Origin: a virus
Taxonomy: Duplodnaviria; Caudoviricetes
Strand: one strand, 5' to 3'
Virus record (IMG/VR): IMGVR_UViG_3300009431_000002
Span: 137,922-201,921 of that record
Length of the DNA: 64,000 bases
Shown: one piece after another, positions 17,270 to 25,310 of the stretch
How positions within the stretch are numbered: the stretch's first letter is position 1
Layout: the number at the start of each line of letters is the position of its first letter
Program-made: the position numbers and the translations under genes
Notes under the pieces: generated by a model
The model's input: only the letters and a program-made list of their open reading frames with translations
The model's database searches: none
What the model was told of the DNA's origin: nothing

Positions 17270-17299
17270 GTGCAACGTCTCCCGGGAAGCCGGCATAAG
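17269..17299 (+). promoter_or_regulatory. Putative phage-sigma promoter AGTGCAA-N16-GGCATAAG
   Basis: Same motif as 10919-10950; heads the 17-kb replication operon; no credible sigma70 promoter seen on this strand. Confidence 0.62.
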
Positions 17300-17304
17300 A
17301 AAAG

Positions 17305-17318
17305 CAGATTGTAATCTG
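17305..17318. promoter_or_regulatory. Operator-like inverted repeat CAGATT-GT-AATCTG
   Basis: Perfect 6-bp AT-rich arms just downstream of the putative promoter. Confidence 0.45.
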
Positions 17319-17346
17319 AAACCCTGCTCCGAGGAGGATGCCTATC

Positions 17347-17724
17347 GTGACCCGAGCAGCCGCGAGAGCGATTCGTTACTCAGACCTTGCGCCGTCACCG
17401 ACGACGTACCCCCGCAACCGCCCGCCGTGTTTCGGCAAGCAGTACGACCCAGCCGACGCCGAGTGCCGGCACCAGTGCTCCCACAAGAGCGCCTGTGCCC
17501 CGATCTTCCGCCAGACCCACGGGGTCCGCGTCCCCGCAACCACCACCAGCTCCGCCGTGGCGGACCGAGAGCAGACCGAGCTCCCGGAGTACACGGAGGT
17601 CGCTGCCCCCGACGAGAGCTTCTGGGCGAAGCTCGCCTTCAACTCCGCCCTGCAGGCTGTGGAGTCCGTGGTCCACGAGATGCACTACGCCATCCGCTCC
17701 GTCCCGAGGAAGGAGTACTTCTGA
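17347..17724 (+). CDS. Cys4 Zn-finger protein (PPCFGKQY...C..QC.....C)
   Basis: SD GAGGAGG 9 nt before GTG 17347 (alternative ATG 17338); four spaced Cys. Confidence 0.7.
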   Translation: MTRAAARAIRYSDLAPSPTTYPRNRPPCFGKQYDPADAECRHQCSHKSACAPIFRQTHGVRVPATTTSSAVADREQTELPEYTEVAAPDESFWAKLAFNSALQAVESVVHEMHYAIRSVPRKEYF

Positions 17725-18122
17725 TGGCCATGCTCAGCGTGGGCCAGACGTTCAAGCGATACCGCGAGCGCGCCAGGTTCAGCAGCTGTGCCGCCGTGGC
17801 TGGCCCCATGGGCATCTCGGGTGAGTACATCCGGCAGATCGAGAAGAAGGGGAAGATCCCCAGCGACAAGGTCGTGAACAGCTTCATCGAGGTCTGCCGG
17901 ATGCCGACCGAGGCTGCCGACGCCCTGCGGAAGGCGGTCGTCGCCGCCCGCCTCAAGCGCACACACGGCCGCAACCTCACCCATTTCAAGGGTGCGGACC
18001 AGGTGGCCTCCGGCGTCTGCGACGACCTCCGGGAACTGCTCGACAAGATGGGGCTCATCGAAGAGGATGTGGACGCCATCCTCGAGACCGCTCGTCAGGG
18101 GATCGTATCGAGGCTCCGGTGA
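17724..18122 (+). CDS. XRE-family helix-turn-helix regulator, 132 aa
   Basis: GQTFKRYRERARFS..AVAGPMGISGEYIRQIEKKGKIPS fits the HTH_3 pattern; TGATG coupling to upstream gene. Confidence 0.75.
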   Translation: MAMLSVGQTFKRYRERARFSSCAAVAGPMGISGEYIRQIEKKGKIPSDKVVNSFIEVCRMPTEAADALRKAVVAARLKRTHGRNLTHFKGADQVASGVCDDLRELLDKMGLIEEDVDAILETARQGIVSRLR

Positions 18123-19504
18123 TCCAGTTCCACAGGCTCGACCGAGACAAAGCGTACCGGGAATCCATGCTCTGGGTGCCCAAGTACCTCGTGCCCGTGG
18201 AGACCCTGGAGGCCTCGCTGACCTACTGGTTCACCGAGACCGACGACGAGGGCAACTCCTTCGTCGCCAAGCTGGAGTGCTGGGCGGAAGAGGCTCGGCA
18301 CTTCGTGCTGCCGCGGGAGTTCCCGCAGGAAGAGGTCCCCTGCGAGGTCGTCGACCTCTCTCCACGCACCGAGCGCGTCACGTTCAACGACGACATCGCT
18401 CCCCGCGACGACGTACAGGTCGAGGCCATGGCGGCGATGCGCGGAGCCCAGACAGGCATCCTCAACCTCGGCTGCGGCCGGGGCAAGACCGTCGTCGCTC
18501 TGGAGCGCATCGCCCGCGGCGGCGGACCCGGGCTCGTCGTGGTCAACAACACCGGCATCCAGGCGCAGTGGCGCAAGGAGGCACGCGCCCGGCTCCGACT
18601 CCCGGCGGCCGACATCGGCATGGTCGGCGGGGACAGCCCCAAACGCAACGAGCTGCTCGAGTGGATGAAGCCGCTGGTCCTCGTGACCGTCCAGACCCTG
18701 TGGCGTCGCATCGTCGAGGGCCGCGTCCCTGAGACCGTCCGTCGGCGGTTCACGACGGTGGCGTTCGACGAGGCCCACCACATGAGCGCGCCGAAGTTCA
18801 ACATCGCCAGCGGCTTCTTCACCGGCGACCGCTTCGGCCTGACGGCCACGGCTCAGCGCACCGACGGCAACGAGAGGTTCTACCTCTACCACCTGGGGCA
18901 GGTCCTCTACCGGAACATGGAGGTGGACGTACCGCCCATCTGCTACTTCGCCCACACGGGCATCGCGCCGACCGTCGCAGAGCGGAACAGGTTCTTCGTC
19001 AACGACATGGTGAACATCGGCCGCGTCCGTGAGTGGCAGGCCAAGAACGCGCGACGCAACACCATGATCGCCAGGCTGGCGAAAGACGCGGTGGGCGGCG
19101 GCAACAAGGTGATCGCCCTCACCCACAACAAGAAGGATCACATCCCGCGGCTGAAGAAGAAGCTGCCGGAGTCTGGGGAGGTGACCGGGAACGTCAAGGG
19201 CGAGGCGCGACTGGTGAATCTGCACGGGAACGACGTGGTCGTCGGGACGGTGCAGGCTGCACAGGAGGCGCTGGACAAGCCGGAGCTGAACGTCGGCATC
19301 TGGTGCACCACCTTCCCCAACGAGAACGAGTTTCAGCAGGGGACCGGCCGTCTGGCTCGCCAGTACCCCGGGAAGGACGTGGCCAAGGCCATCTTCCTGG
19401 TGGACGACGTCCCCATCTGCCACGACCACGCCCGCAAGCTGGAGCGATACGCCCGCAAGCGGGGATACCGAACCGAACACTTCAAGCTGGAGGACATCGC
19501 ATGA
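18119..19504 (+). CDS. Superfamily 2 DNA helicase (UvsW/XPB-like), 461 aa
   Basis: Walker A LGCGRGKT, DEAH box, motif III GLTAT, motif VI QGTGRLAR. Confidence 0.9.
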   Translation: MIQFHRLDRDKAYRESMLWVPKYLVPVETLEASLTYWFTETDDEGNSFVAKLECWAEEARHFVLPREFPQEEVPCEVVDLSPRTERVTFNDDIAPRDDVQVEAMAAMRGAQTGILNLGCGRGKTVVALERIARGGGPGLVVVNNTGIQAQWRKEARARLRLPAADIGMVGGDSPKRNELLEWMKPLVLVTVQTLWRRIVEGRVPETVRRRFTTVAFDEAHHMSAPKFNIASGFFTGDRFGLTATAQRTDGNERFYLYHLGQVLYRNMEVDVPPICYFAHTGIAPTVAERNRFFVNDMVNIGRVREWQAKNARRNTMIARLAKDAVGGGNKVIALTHNKKDHIPRLKKKLPESGEVTGNVKGEARLVNLHGNDVVVGTVQAAQEALDKPELNVGIWCTTFPNENEFQQGTGRLARQYPGKDVAKAIFLVDDVPICHDHARKLERYARKRGYRTEHFKLEDIA

Positions 19505-19992
19505 ACAAACCCGTCAAGATCCACACCGCCGGCCCCAATGAGAAGCAGGCCGAGTTCCGCAGGGAGCTGGAGGAGCTCTACGAGAAGGCCGAGGGCGACC
19601 ACCTCATCCTCATGTACGCCCACCCGACCGCCGCCTACATGGGCCGCCGTACGAACTCCGTGACCGACACGGTCGTCAAGCTCGAGAACGTCTGCTCCGT
19701 GCTCACGGCTCGCGTCCCGCAGGGCGGCGCCCTCGTCGGGACGGGCAAGCCGCAGATGGGCCGGGCGCTGGTGATCGAGCCCCCCGCCGGCGGCGAGCTG
19801 GGCATGGTCGAGAAGATGACGTTCCCCACGAGCATGCCCATCGCCGAGCTCCAGAACCTGTCTCCTCGGGACCAGCACCGGCTGCTGGAGAGCTACCTCG
19901 ACCTCATCGTGGGGTCCGAGCGGAACCGCGAGACCGCCCTCGGCCCCGACCCCGAGGAGGACGACGGTGAGCCGAGTCCTGTCGAAGCGTGA
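19501..19992 (+). CDS. Hypothetical protein, 163 aa
   Basis: ATGA overlap with helicase stop; GC3-rich. Confidence 0.7.
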   Translation: MNKPVKIHTAGPNEKQAEFRRELEELYEKAEGDHLILMYAHPTAAYMGRRTNSVTDTVVKLENVCSVLTARVPQGGALVGTGKPQMGRALVIEPPAGGELGMVEKMTFPTSMPIAELQNLSPRDQHRLLESYLDLIVGSERNRETALGPDPEEDDGEPSPVEA

Positions 19993-20821
19993 GCTGCTGA
20001 CCCGCGACAAGTGGGCCCGCGCCCAGATGGACGCGCTGGAGGAGGAGTACGCGGAGTGCGCGCGCTGCCCCACCATGGTCGACACCGGATGGTGGACGCG
20101 CGGCCACATCGTCTTCGGCGAGGGTGCGGCCAACGCGGACATCTCGGTCTTCGGCATCGCCCCCGGCGAGCAGGAGGACGAGACCGGGCTCCCCTTCATC
20201 GGCCCCACCGGCCAGTTGCTCGACGACCTGCTCCTGCGGGCCTGTCCCTACAAGGAGCTGGACCCCTACCGTGTCGAGCGCAACCTGAACAGAGGGGAGT
20301 GGCGCGAGGTGCGCCAGATCCTCGTGGAGAAGGAGCGGCTCTTCTACTCCAACGTCACCCTCTGTCGTCCGGTCAAGCAAGAATACAACGACCGGAAGGA
20401 CGTGATGGAGCTGCGCAACCGTGACCCGTCCAAGGTGGAGTACGACAACTGCGCCGAGCGGCTGCGCGAGACCTTGTACATCAACGACCCCTTCCTCGTG
20501 ATCGCCCTCGGAGGTGTCGCGCTCACCGCGCTGATGGCACTGGACGAACGCGTGGCCCGCTCCAAGAAGTTCAGCGTCCTCGACCTGCTGGGCGAGGTCC
20601 TCGAGCTCCAGATCCCAGGGGTCATCCGGCCCGTCCGCTACCCGCTCCTGGTGCTTCCGCACCCAGCCTTCCTGCTGCGCAAGTGGGATCCCAGAGAGCG
20701 CCGAGGCTTCGTCCAACGCACCCAGCAGGGCCTCAAGCGAGGTCTTCGCATCGTCGACACCGCAAGACACGAAACGATGGGGACGGCTGTCCCCGAACGC
20801 ACAGAGAAGAAACGGAGGTGA
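19967..20821 (+). CDS. udg: Uracil-DNA glycosylase family 4-like (Fe-S), 284 aa
   Basis: CARC...LCRP...NCAE Cys ligands, G(I)APGEQEDETGLPFIG motif A, HPAFLLR motif B. Confidence 0.88.
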   Translation: MSRVLSKRELLTRDKWARAQMDALEEEYAECARCPTMVDTGWWTRGHIVFGEGAANADISVFGIAPGEQEDETGLPFIGPTGQLLDDLLLRACPYKELDPYRVERNLNRGEWREVRQILVEKERLFYSNVTLCRPVKQEYNDRKDVMELRNRDPSKVEYDNCAERLRETLYINDPFLVIALGGVALTALMALDERVARSKKFSVLDLLGEVLELQIPGVIRPVRYPLLVLPHPAFLLRKWDPRERRGFVQRTQQGLKRGLRIVDTARHETMGTAVPERTEKKRR

Positions 20822-20823
20822 AT

Positions 20824-21279
20824 ATGAGCGAGGTCGGAGCTCAGCTCATGGAGGCGGCGCACCGCGCCATCGAGAAGTTCGAGGAGGCGGACCGCCTGTA
20901 CACGGATACCCTGGCGGAGCTGGAGGAGGAGGACCCCGAGGGGTTCCAGGAGCTCTACCGCTGCCTCGAGGAGCGCAACACCGCGGTCACGGTCGCCCGC
21001 GCGGCCGTCCGCAAGGCCAAGACCAAGGTCGGCAAGTTCCGCGTCGTCGTCAACCGCGGCGTCGAGTTCGACGTTGACGCCTTCATCGAGATGGCCAAGA
21101 AGCTGGGCATCTACGAGGAGCTGGTCGACGCCGGCGCCGTCAAGACCACCATCAACCAGACCACGCTCAAGAAGAACGTCACGGAGGACCAGCTGCAGCG
21201 CCTCAAGGAGGGCTGCGGCAAGGTCATCGAGAAGAGCGTCTCCGTGTACGGACCCAAGGAGCTGGGGACGCTGAAGTGA
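20824..21279 (+). CDS. Hypothetical protein, 151 aa
   Basis: SD GGAGG then ATG 20824; GC3-rich. Confidence 0.7.
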   Translation: MSEVGAQLMEAAHRAIEKFEEADRLYTDTLAELEEEDPEGFQELYRCLEERNTAVTVARAAVRKAKTKVGKFRVVVNRGVEFDVDAFIEMAKKLGIYEELVDAGAVKTTINQTTLKKNVTEDQLQRLKEGCGKVIEKSVSVYGPKELGTLK

Positions 21280-21674
21280 CGGGCAGCCACATCGTCCGGC
21301 GCCGGCTGGAGTTCTCGATGGAGCGCTACGCAGTGCTCCACTCAGACGCCGCGCCGGTGCGGGACGTGTGGGAGGGCCCCGAACTTCCGTTCCCGGAGGA
21401 GATCCTGGACATGATCGACAACCTCGTGACGACCGAGAACCCCGGGCGGATGACGCTCGGGTCCAACCTGGACTTCAAGGAGTTCGGCTCCGGCTTCGGC
21501 GCCCACGTCTCCCTGTCCTTCGACATCGACCAGACCACCGAGGCCGCCGAGACGGCGCGCGAGCGGGTCGGCGAGTTCCTCGTCGGGCTCGTCGCCGAGC
21601 AGACCGTGGAGGCCCAGCACATGTGGGAGGACCTGAAGTCCGGAGCCCAGGCAACGCTGAAGGCCAGCACGTAG
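21276..21674 (+). CDS. Hypothetical protein, 132 aa
   Basis: GTGA overlap; GC3-rich. Confidence 0.7.
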   Translation: MTGSHIVRRRLEFSMERYAVLHSDAAPVRDVWEGPELPFPEEILDMIDNLVTTENPGRMTLGSNLDFKEFGSGFGAHVSLSFDIDQTTEAAETARERVGEFLVGLVAEQTVEAQHMWEDLKSGAQATLKAST

Positions 21675-21698
21675 CGGTGACTGCACCGCGGAGGCGCC

Positions 21699-23057
21699 AT
21701 GGCGCACCCTGAGATCATCCTGCTCACGCAGATCATCGAGGACGGCAACTACCAAATCCTCAAGGACAACGACGTCGACGTCACCTACTTCACTACGCAG
21801 GAGGGGCGCGCCGTCTACCGACTGCTGACCAAGCGGTTCCACAACCGCACGACCTACGGCACCGTCCCCTCCATGGACCTCGTCCGACACACGGTCCAGG
21901 GGTTCCGGCCGGTCTCGACCGGCGACGACGTCGACATGCTGGTCGAGGACCTGCTGGCGTCGAAGCTGCGCAACGATCTGCTGGGGTTGAGCGAGGAGAT
22001 CACGGACCTGGTCGACCGGGACCAGTCCGAGAAGGCGGTTCGCGCCGTCATCGACGCGTCGACACAACTGGGGAAATCCAGGGGCGCCTCCCGCGACATC
22101 AACCTCGCCAGCGCCATCGAACTGGTCGAGGAGCGCTACGACCTCGTCTCCGATGGACAGGGGATGCTGGGCATCCCGTTCCCCTGGCAGCCACTGAACG
22201 AGGCGACGCTGGGCATGCAGCCCGGCCAGCTGTTCATCATCTACGGCCGGCCCGGCATGATGAAGACGTGGACCGCCATCCTCGTCGCGTGCCACGCCTA
22301 CCTCAGCGCCAACGCACGAGTGCTCTTCTACACCCGGGAGATGACCGAGGTGGAGATCCTCATGCGGATGGCCGCCGTCATCGCACGCGTGGACTACAGC
22401 CGGTTCCGCAAGGGCCGGTTGCAGCCCGCCGTCCGCGACGAGGTGTTCGAGATCCTCTACGGCCTCCGAGAGGAAGAGGAGATCATCGCCGAGCGCGACG
22501 GCGCCCGCCGCAAGGCCATCGAGATCACGACCGCCGCCGACCTCAAGGACGGCCACACCGTCCGCGGCCTGCGCGAGAAGGCGTTGGAGTACGACGCCGA
22601 CATCGTGGTCGCCGACGGCATCTACCGGATGGGCGACGCCCGAACCGGCAAGCACTCCATGGAGTGGACCAACCTGACCCACGTCAGCCAGGACCTCAAG
22701 GAGGGCGCCAAGCGCCTGCGCATCCCCATCGTGGGGGTCACCCAGGCCAACCGCGGCAACGACCTCGCCTTCTCCGACTCGTTCCTGCAGGAGGCCGACC
22801 TCGCGCTGCGATGCGTCCTCAAGGAGAACGAGCTCGTCTACATCAACCGCAAGCTGCGTGAGGACCAGCTGCCTGCGTTCTCCATCAACGCCTTCCCGGC
22901 CACCAACTTCACCCTGAAGGGCCAGCTGAGCGTGGATGACGCGATGGCCCTCCGAACCGCCGACGACCAGGCGGCCCACCGCCACGCGCCCAAGGACGGC
23001 AAGGACGGCGGCCGCAAGCCCGCAGGGCGCCGGCTCCCGGGAGCGATCCGTCGATGA
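21699..23057 (+). CDS. dnaB: Replicative DNA helicase, DnaB-like, 452 aa
   Basis: Walker A variant GRPGMMKT, Walker B VVADG, TQANR motif; adjacent to primase. Confidence 0.88.
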   Translation: MAHPEIILLTQIIEDGNYQILKDNDVDVTYFTTQEGRAVYRLLTKRFHNRTTYGTVPSMDLVRHTVQGFRPVSTGDDVDMLVEDLLASKLRNDLLGLSEEITDLVDRDQSEKAVRAVIDASTQLGKSRGASRDINLASAIELVEERYDLVSDGQGMLGIPFPWQPLNEATLGMQPGQLFIIYGRPGMMKTWTAILVACHAYLSANARVLFYTREMTEVEILMRMAAVIARVDYSRFRKGRLQPAVRDEVFEILYGLREEEEIIAERDGARRKAIEITTAADLKDGHTVRGLREKALEYDADIVVADGIYRMGDARTGKHSMEWTNLTHVSQDLKEGAKRLRIPIVGVTQANRGNDLAFSDSFLQEADLALRCVLKENELVYINRKLREDQLPAFSINAFPATNFTLKGQLSVDDAMALRTADDQAAHRHAPKDGKDGGRKPAGRRLPGAIRR

Positions 23058-24121
23058 CCGTGCGCGGGATGGAGGACACTGTCCACGACGCCCTGCAGCG
23101 GTACGTGGGTGGACGCATCAAGCCGTCCGGGAACAACCTCCTGGTCAACTGCCCCTTCCATCCCTGGTCTCCGGGCCAGCACAAGTTCACCCTGTCCGTC
23201 AGCGTGGTCCACGGCCAGTGGGTCTGCTTCTCCTGCGGCGAGAGCGGGGGCTTCCCGCGCCTGCTGAAGAAGCTCGAGGTCCCGGCCAGTGTCCGCGACG
23301 ACATCCTCGACCCCGTCAAGTACCTCATGCAGCGGCCCACCAAGCCGTCGCTGCCGACCCACCGCGACCCGTTCGCGGCGGAGCACTCGCTCCCGGAGGC
23401 CGTGCTCGGCGTCTACGAGTTCTGCCCCGTCTCGCTGGTCGACGAGGGGTTCGACGAGGTGCTGCTGCAGGACTTCGACGTCGGGTACGACTTCTCCCAG
23501 GACCGCGTCACGTGGCCTGTGCGGGACCTGTACGGCACGCTCACCGGCATCATGGGCCGCGGCGTGGACGGCACCTACCCGAAGTACAAGGGCTACAAGC
23601 GGGAGGACTACGACGACGAGACGCAGAGCCTCATCCGAGGCTACGAGTTCCGGCGGTCGCTGTTCCTGTGGAACATGGACCGCGTGCACGCCAGCCTGTA
23701 CCCGCGGCGCCACCCGGGCGTCGTCGTCCTCTGCGAGGGGTTCAAGGCTGCGCTGTGGTGCATCCAGCATGGCTTCCAGCACGCTGTCGCCATCATGGGT
23801 GCGCGCATCAGCTTCACCCAGGCCGAGATGCTCCGGCGCCTCGGTGCCGACATCATCATCTTCCTCGACGAGGACGACGCGGGGGTCAAGGGATCCATCG
23901 CCGCGTACGACATGCTCCGGCGGTCCTGCAGGGTGGAGTTCGCCATGTACCCCGAGGAGGCCCACCAGCCGGACGACCTGGATCCCGACGAACTGCACGA
24001 CGTACTGAACAACCCGGTCACCCTGAAAGCGTGGCTGGACATCGCCTTCCACAACGAGATGTGGGAGGAGTGGAGGAACCGACGATATGAGTTTTCGCAG
24101 AAGCGCAGGCGGCGAGCGTAG
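23054..24121 (+). CDS. dnaG: DNA primase, DnaG-like, 355 aa
   Basis: CPFH...CFSC zinc ribbon, TOPRIM EG and D-x-D-x-x-G (FLDEDDAG). Confidence 0.92.
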   Translation: MTVRGMEDTVHDALQRYVGGRIKPSGNNLLVNCPFHPWSPGQHKFTLSVSVVHGQWVCFSCGESGGFPRLLKKLEVPASVRDDILDPVKYLMQRPTKPSLPTHRDPFAAEHSLPEAVLGVYEFCPVSLVDEGFDEVLLQDFDVGYDFSQDRVTWPVRDLYGTLTGIMGRGVDGTYPKYKGYKREDYDDETQSLIRGYEFRRSLFLWNMDRVHASLYPRRHPGVVVLCEGFKAALWCIQHGFQHAVAIMGARISFTQAEMLRRLGADIIIFLDEDDAGVKGSIAAYDMLRRSCRVEFAMYPEEAHQPDDLDPDELHDVLNNPVTLKAWLDIAFHNEMWEEWRNRRYEFSQKRRRRA

Positions 24122-25262
24122 CCGCCGAGGCCGTGGCAGCCGCGGAACCTGGCGGAACCGCTGGCGGCCGCCGCAGGCCGAGGTCGGGACGCCCGCCGTC
24201 CTGATCCCCGGCGAGTACCCCGACCCCCGACCGGACAAGCAGGAGCACGGGCGCGCGCCCGTCCGCCAGTACTTCCTCCGCTCGGAGCACCGCAAGGTGC
24301 TGCAGAAGGGGAAGTCGATCATGACCGGCACCTGCTCCGCCGGCTGGGACCCCAACGACGCGTGCGACTGCGTGTGGTGCTACGAGAAGGAGAACGGGGA
24401 CAGCACCATCGACAACGGCAAGGACCCGCGCCTCGTCTTCTCGATGAACCTCGTCCACCTCGTCTGGTTCCACCTGGTGCCGGACGTCGACCGCAAGACC
24501 AAGCGCCCCCGCATCAACGAGAAGACCGGCAAGCCCTACATGGTCAAGACCGAGTGCCAGGGCCGCGGCTGCCCCCACTGCAAGAACGACGAGGAGCTGA
24601 CGTTCGGCGCCAAGAAGTACATGGACGTCGGCCTGGGCCACCTGGGCAACCTCCGCGACTTCGACGCCACCGTCGGCCGCCTGTGCCTCCGCTGCCGCGA
24701 GGGCACCATCAGCACGGCCTCTTTCGAGTGCCCCGAGTGCGGCGAGGTCATCGTCGACTGCCTGTCGCACCAGTACACCGACCGCGAGCTGGACCAGTTC
24801 GCCACCGAGCAGCTGACCTGCCCCAACCCGCAGTGCCGGACCACCGGCATGGCGGTCGAGACCATCGAGTGCTCGCACTGCAAGGACCCGCTCCGGACCA
24901 CCCTGTTCGACGTGGTCTTCTGGATGTGCCGCAAGGGCGAGGGCACCGACTCCAAGATCTCGCTGGCCCACGACGACCCCCGGCACCCCGGCTGGTGCTT
25001 CCTCGACGAGTTCGACATCCCCTGTGACCCGCCGGCCCCGCTCATCACCGGGTGGGAGGACGACGAGACCGGCCTCGGCCTCAAGCCCGTCTGGGACGAG
25101 GACGTCCGCAAGCTGACCCGCCCGTTCGACTTCGCCGAGATGATGGACGTGGGCAAGCCCCTGTCCCTCGACGGCCAGGCCAAGCGCCTGCAGGTCCAGA
25201 ACCCCTTCGCCCAGACCCGGGGCGCCCGGAGCTACGGCGACGGCCCCGGCTTCAACAGGTAG
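24087..25262 (+). CDS. Probable gp32-like ssDNA-binding protein with multi-Zn-finger insertion, 391 aa
   Basis: Between primase and polymerase; Arg-rich N-arm; H...C-x9-CDC-x2-C resembles the T4 gp32 Zn site; five more C-x2/4-C pairs. Confidence 0.5.
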   Translation: MSFRRSAGGERSRRGRGSRGTWRNRWRPPQAEVGTPAVLIPGEYPDPRPDKQEHGRAPVRQYFLRSEHRKVLQKGKSIMTGTCSAGWDPNDACDCVWCYEKENGDSTIDNGKDPRLVFSMNLVHLVWFHLVPDVDRKTKRPRINEKTGKPYMVKTECQGRGCPHCKNDEELTFGAKKYMDVGLGHLGNLRDFDATVGRLCLRCREGTISTASFECPECGEVIVDCLSHQYTDRELDQFATEQLTCPNPQCRTTGMAVETIECSHCKDPLRTTLFDVVFWMCRKGEGTDSKISLAHDDPRHPGWCFLDEFDIPCDPPAPLITGWEDDETGLGLKPVWDEDVRKLTRPFDFAEMMDVGKPLSLDGQAKRLQVQNPFAQTRGARSYGDGPGFNR

Positions 25263-25271
25263 CCACTACGG

Positions 25272-25299
25272 GCCCGCCCCCGCACGCGCGGGGGCGGGC
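25272..25299 (+). other. 12-bp all-GC intergenic hairpin without T-tract
   Basis: GCCCGCCCCCGC-ACGC-GCGGGGGCGGGC between the SSB-like stop and the polA start. Confidence 0.75.
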
Positions 25300-25310
25300 G
25301 TGGAGCCTCA

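Noticed and set aside
23074-23084. GGACA-C-TGTCC as another copy of the dispersed palindrome
   Set aside because: Different arm sequence and length (11 bp); does not fit CGACACWGTGTCG.
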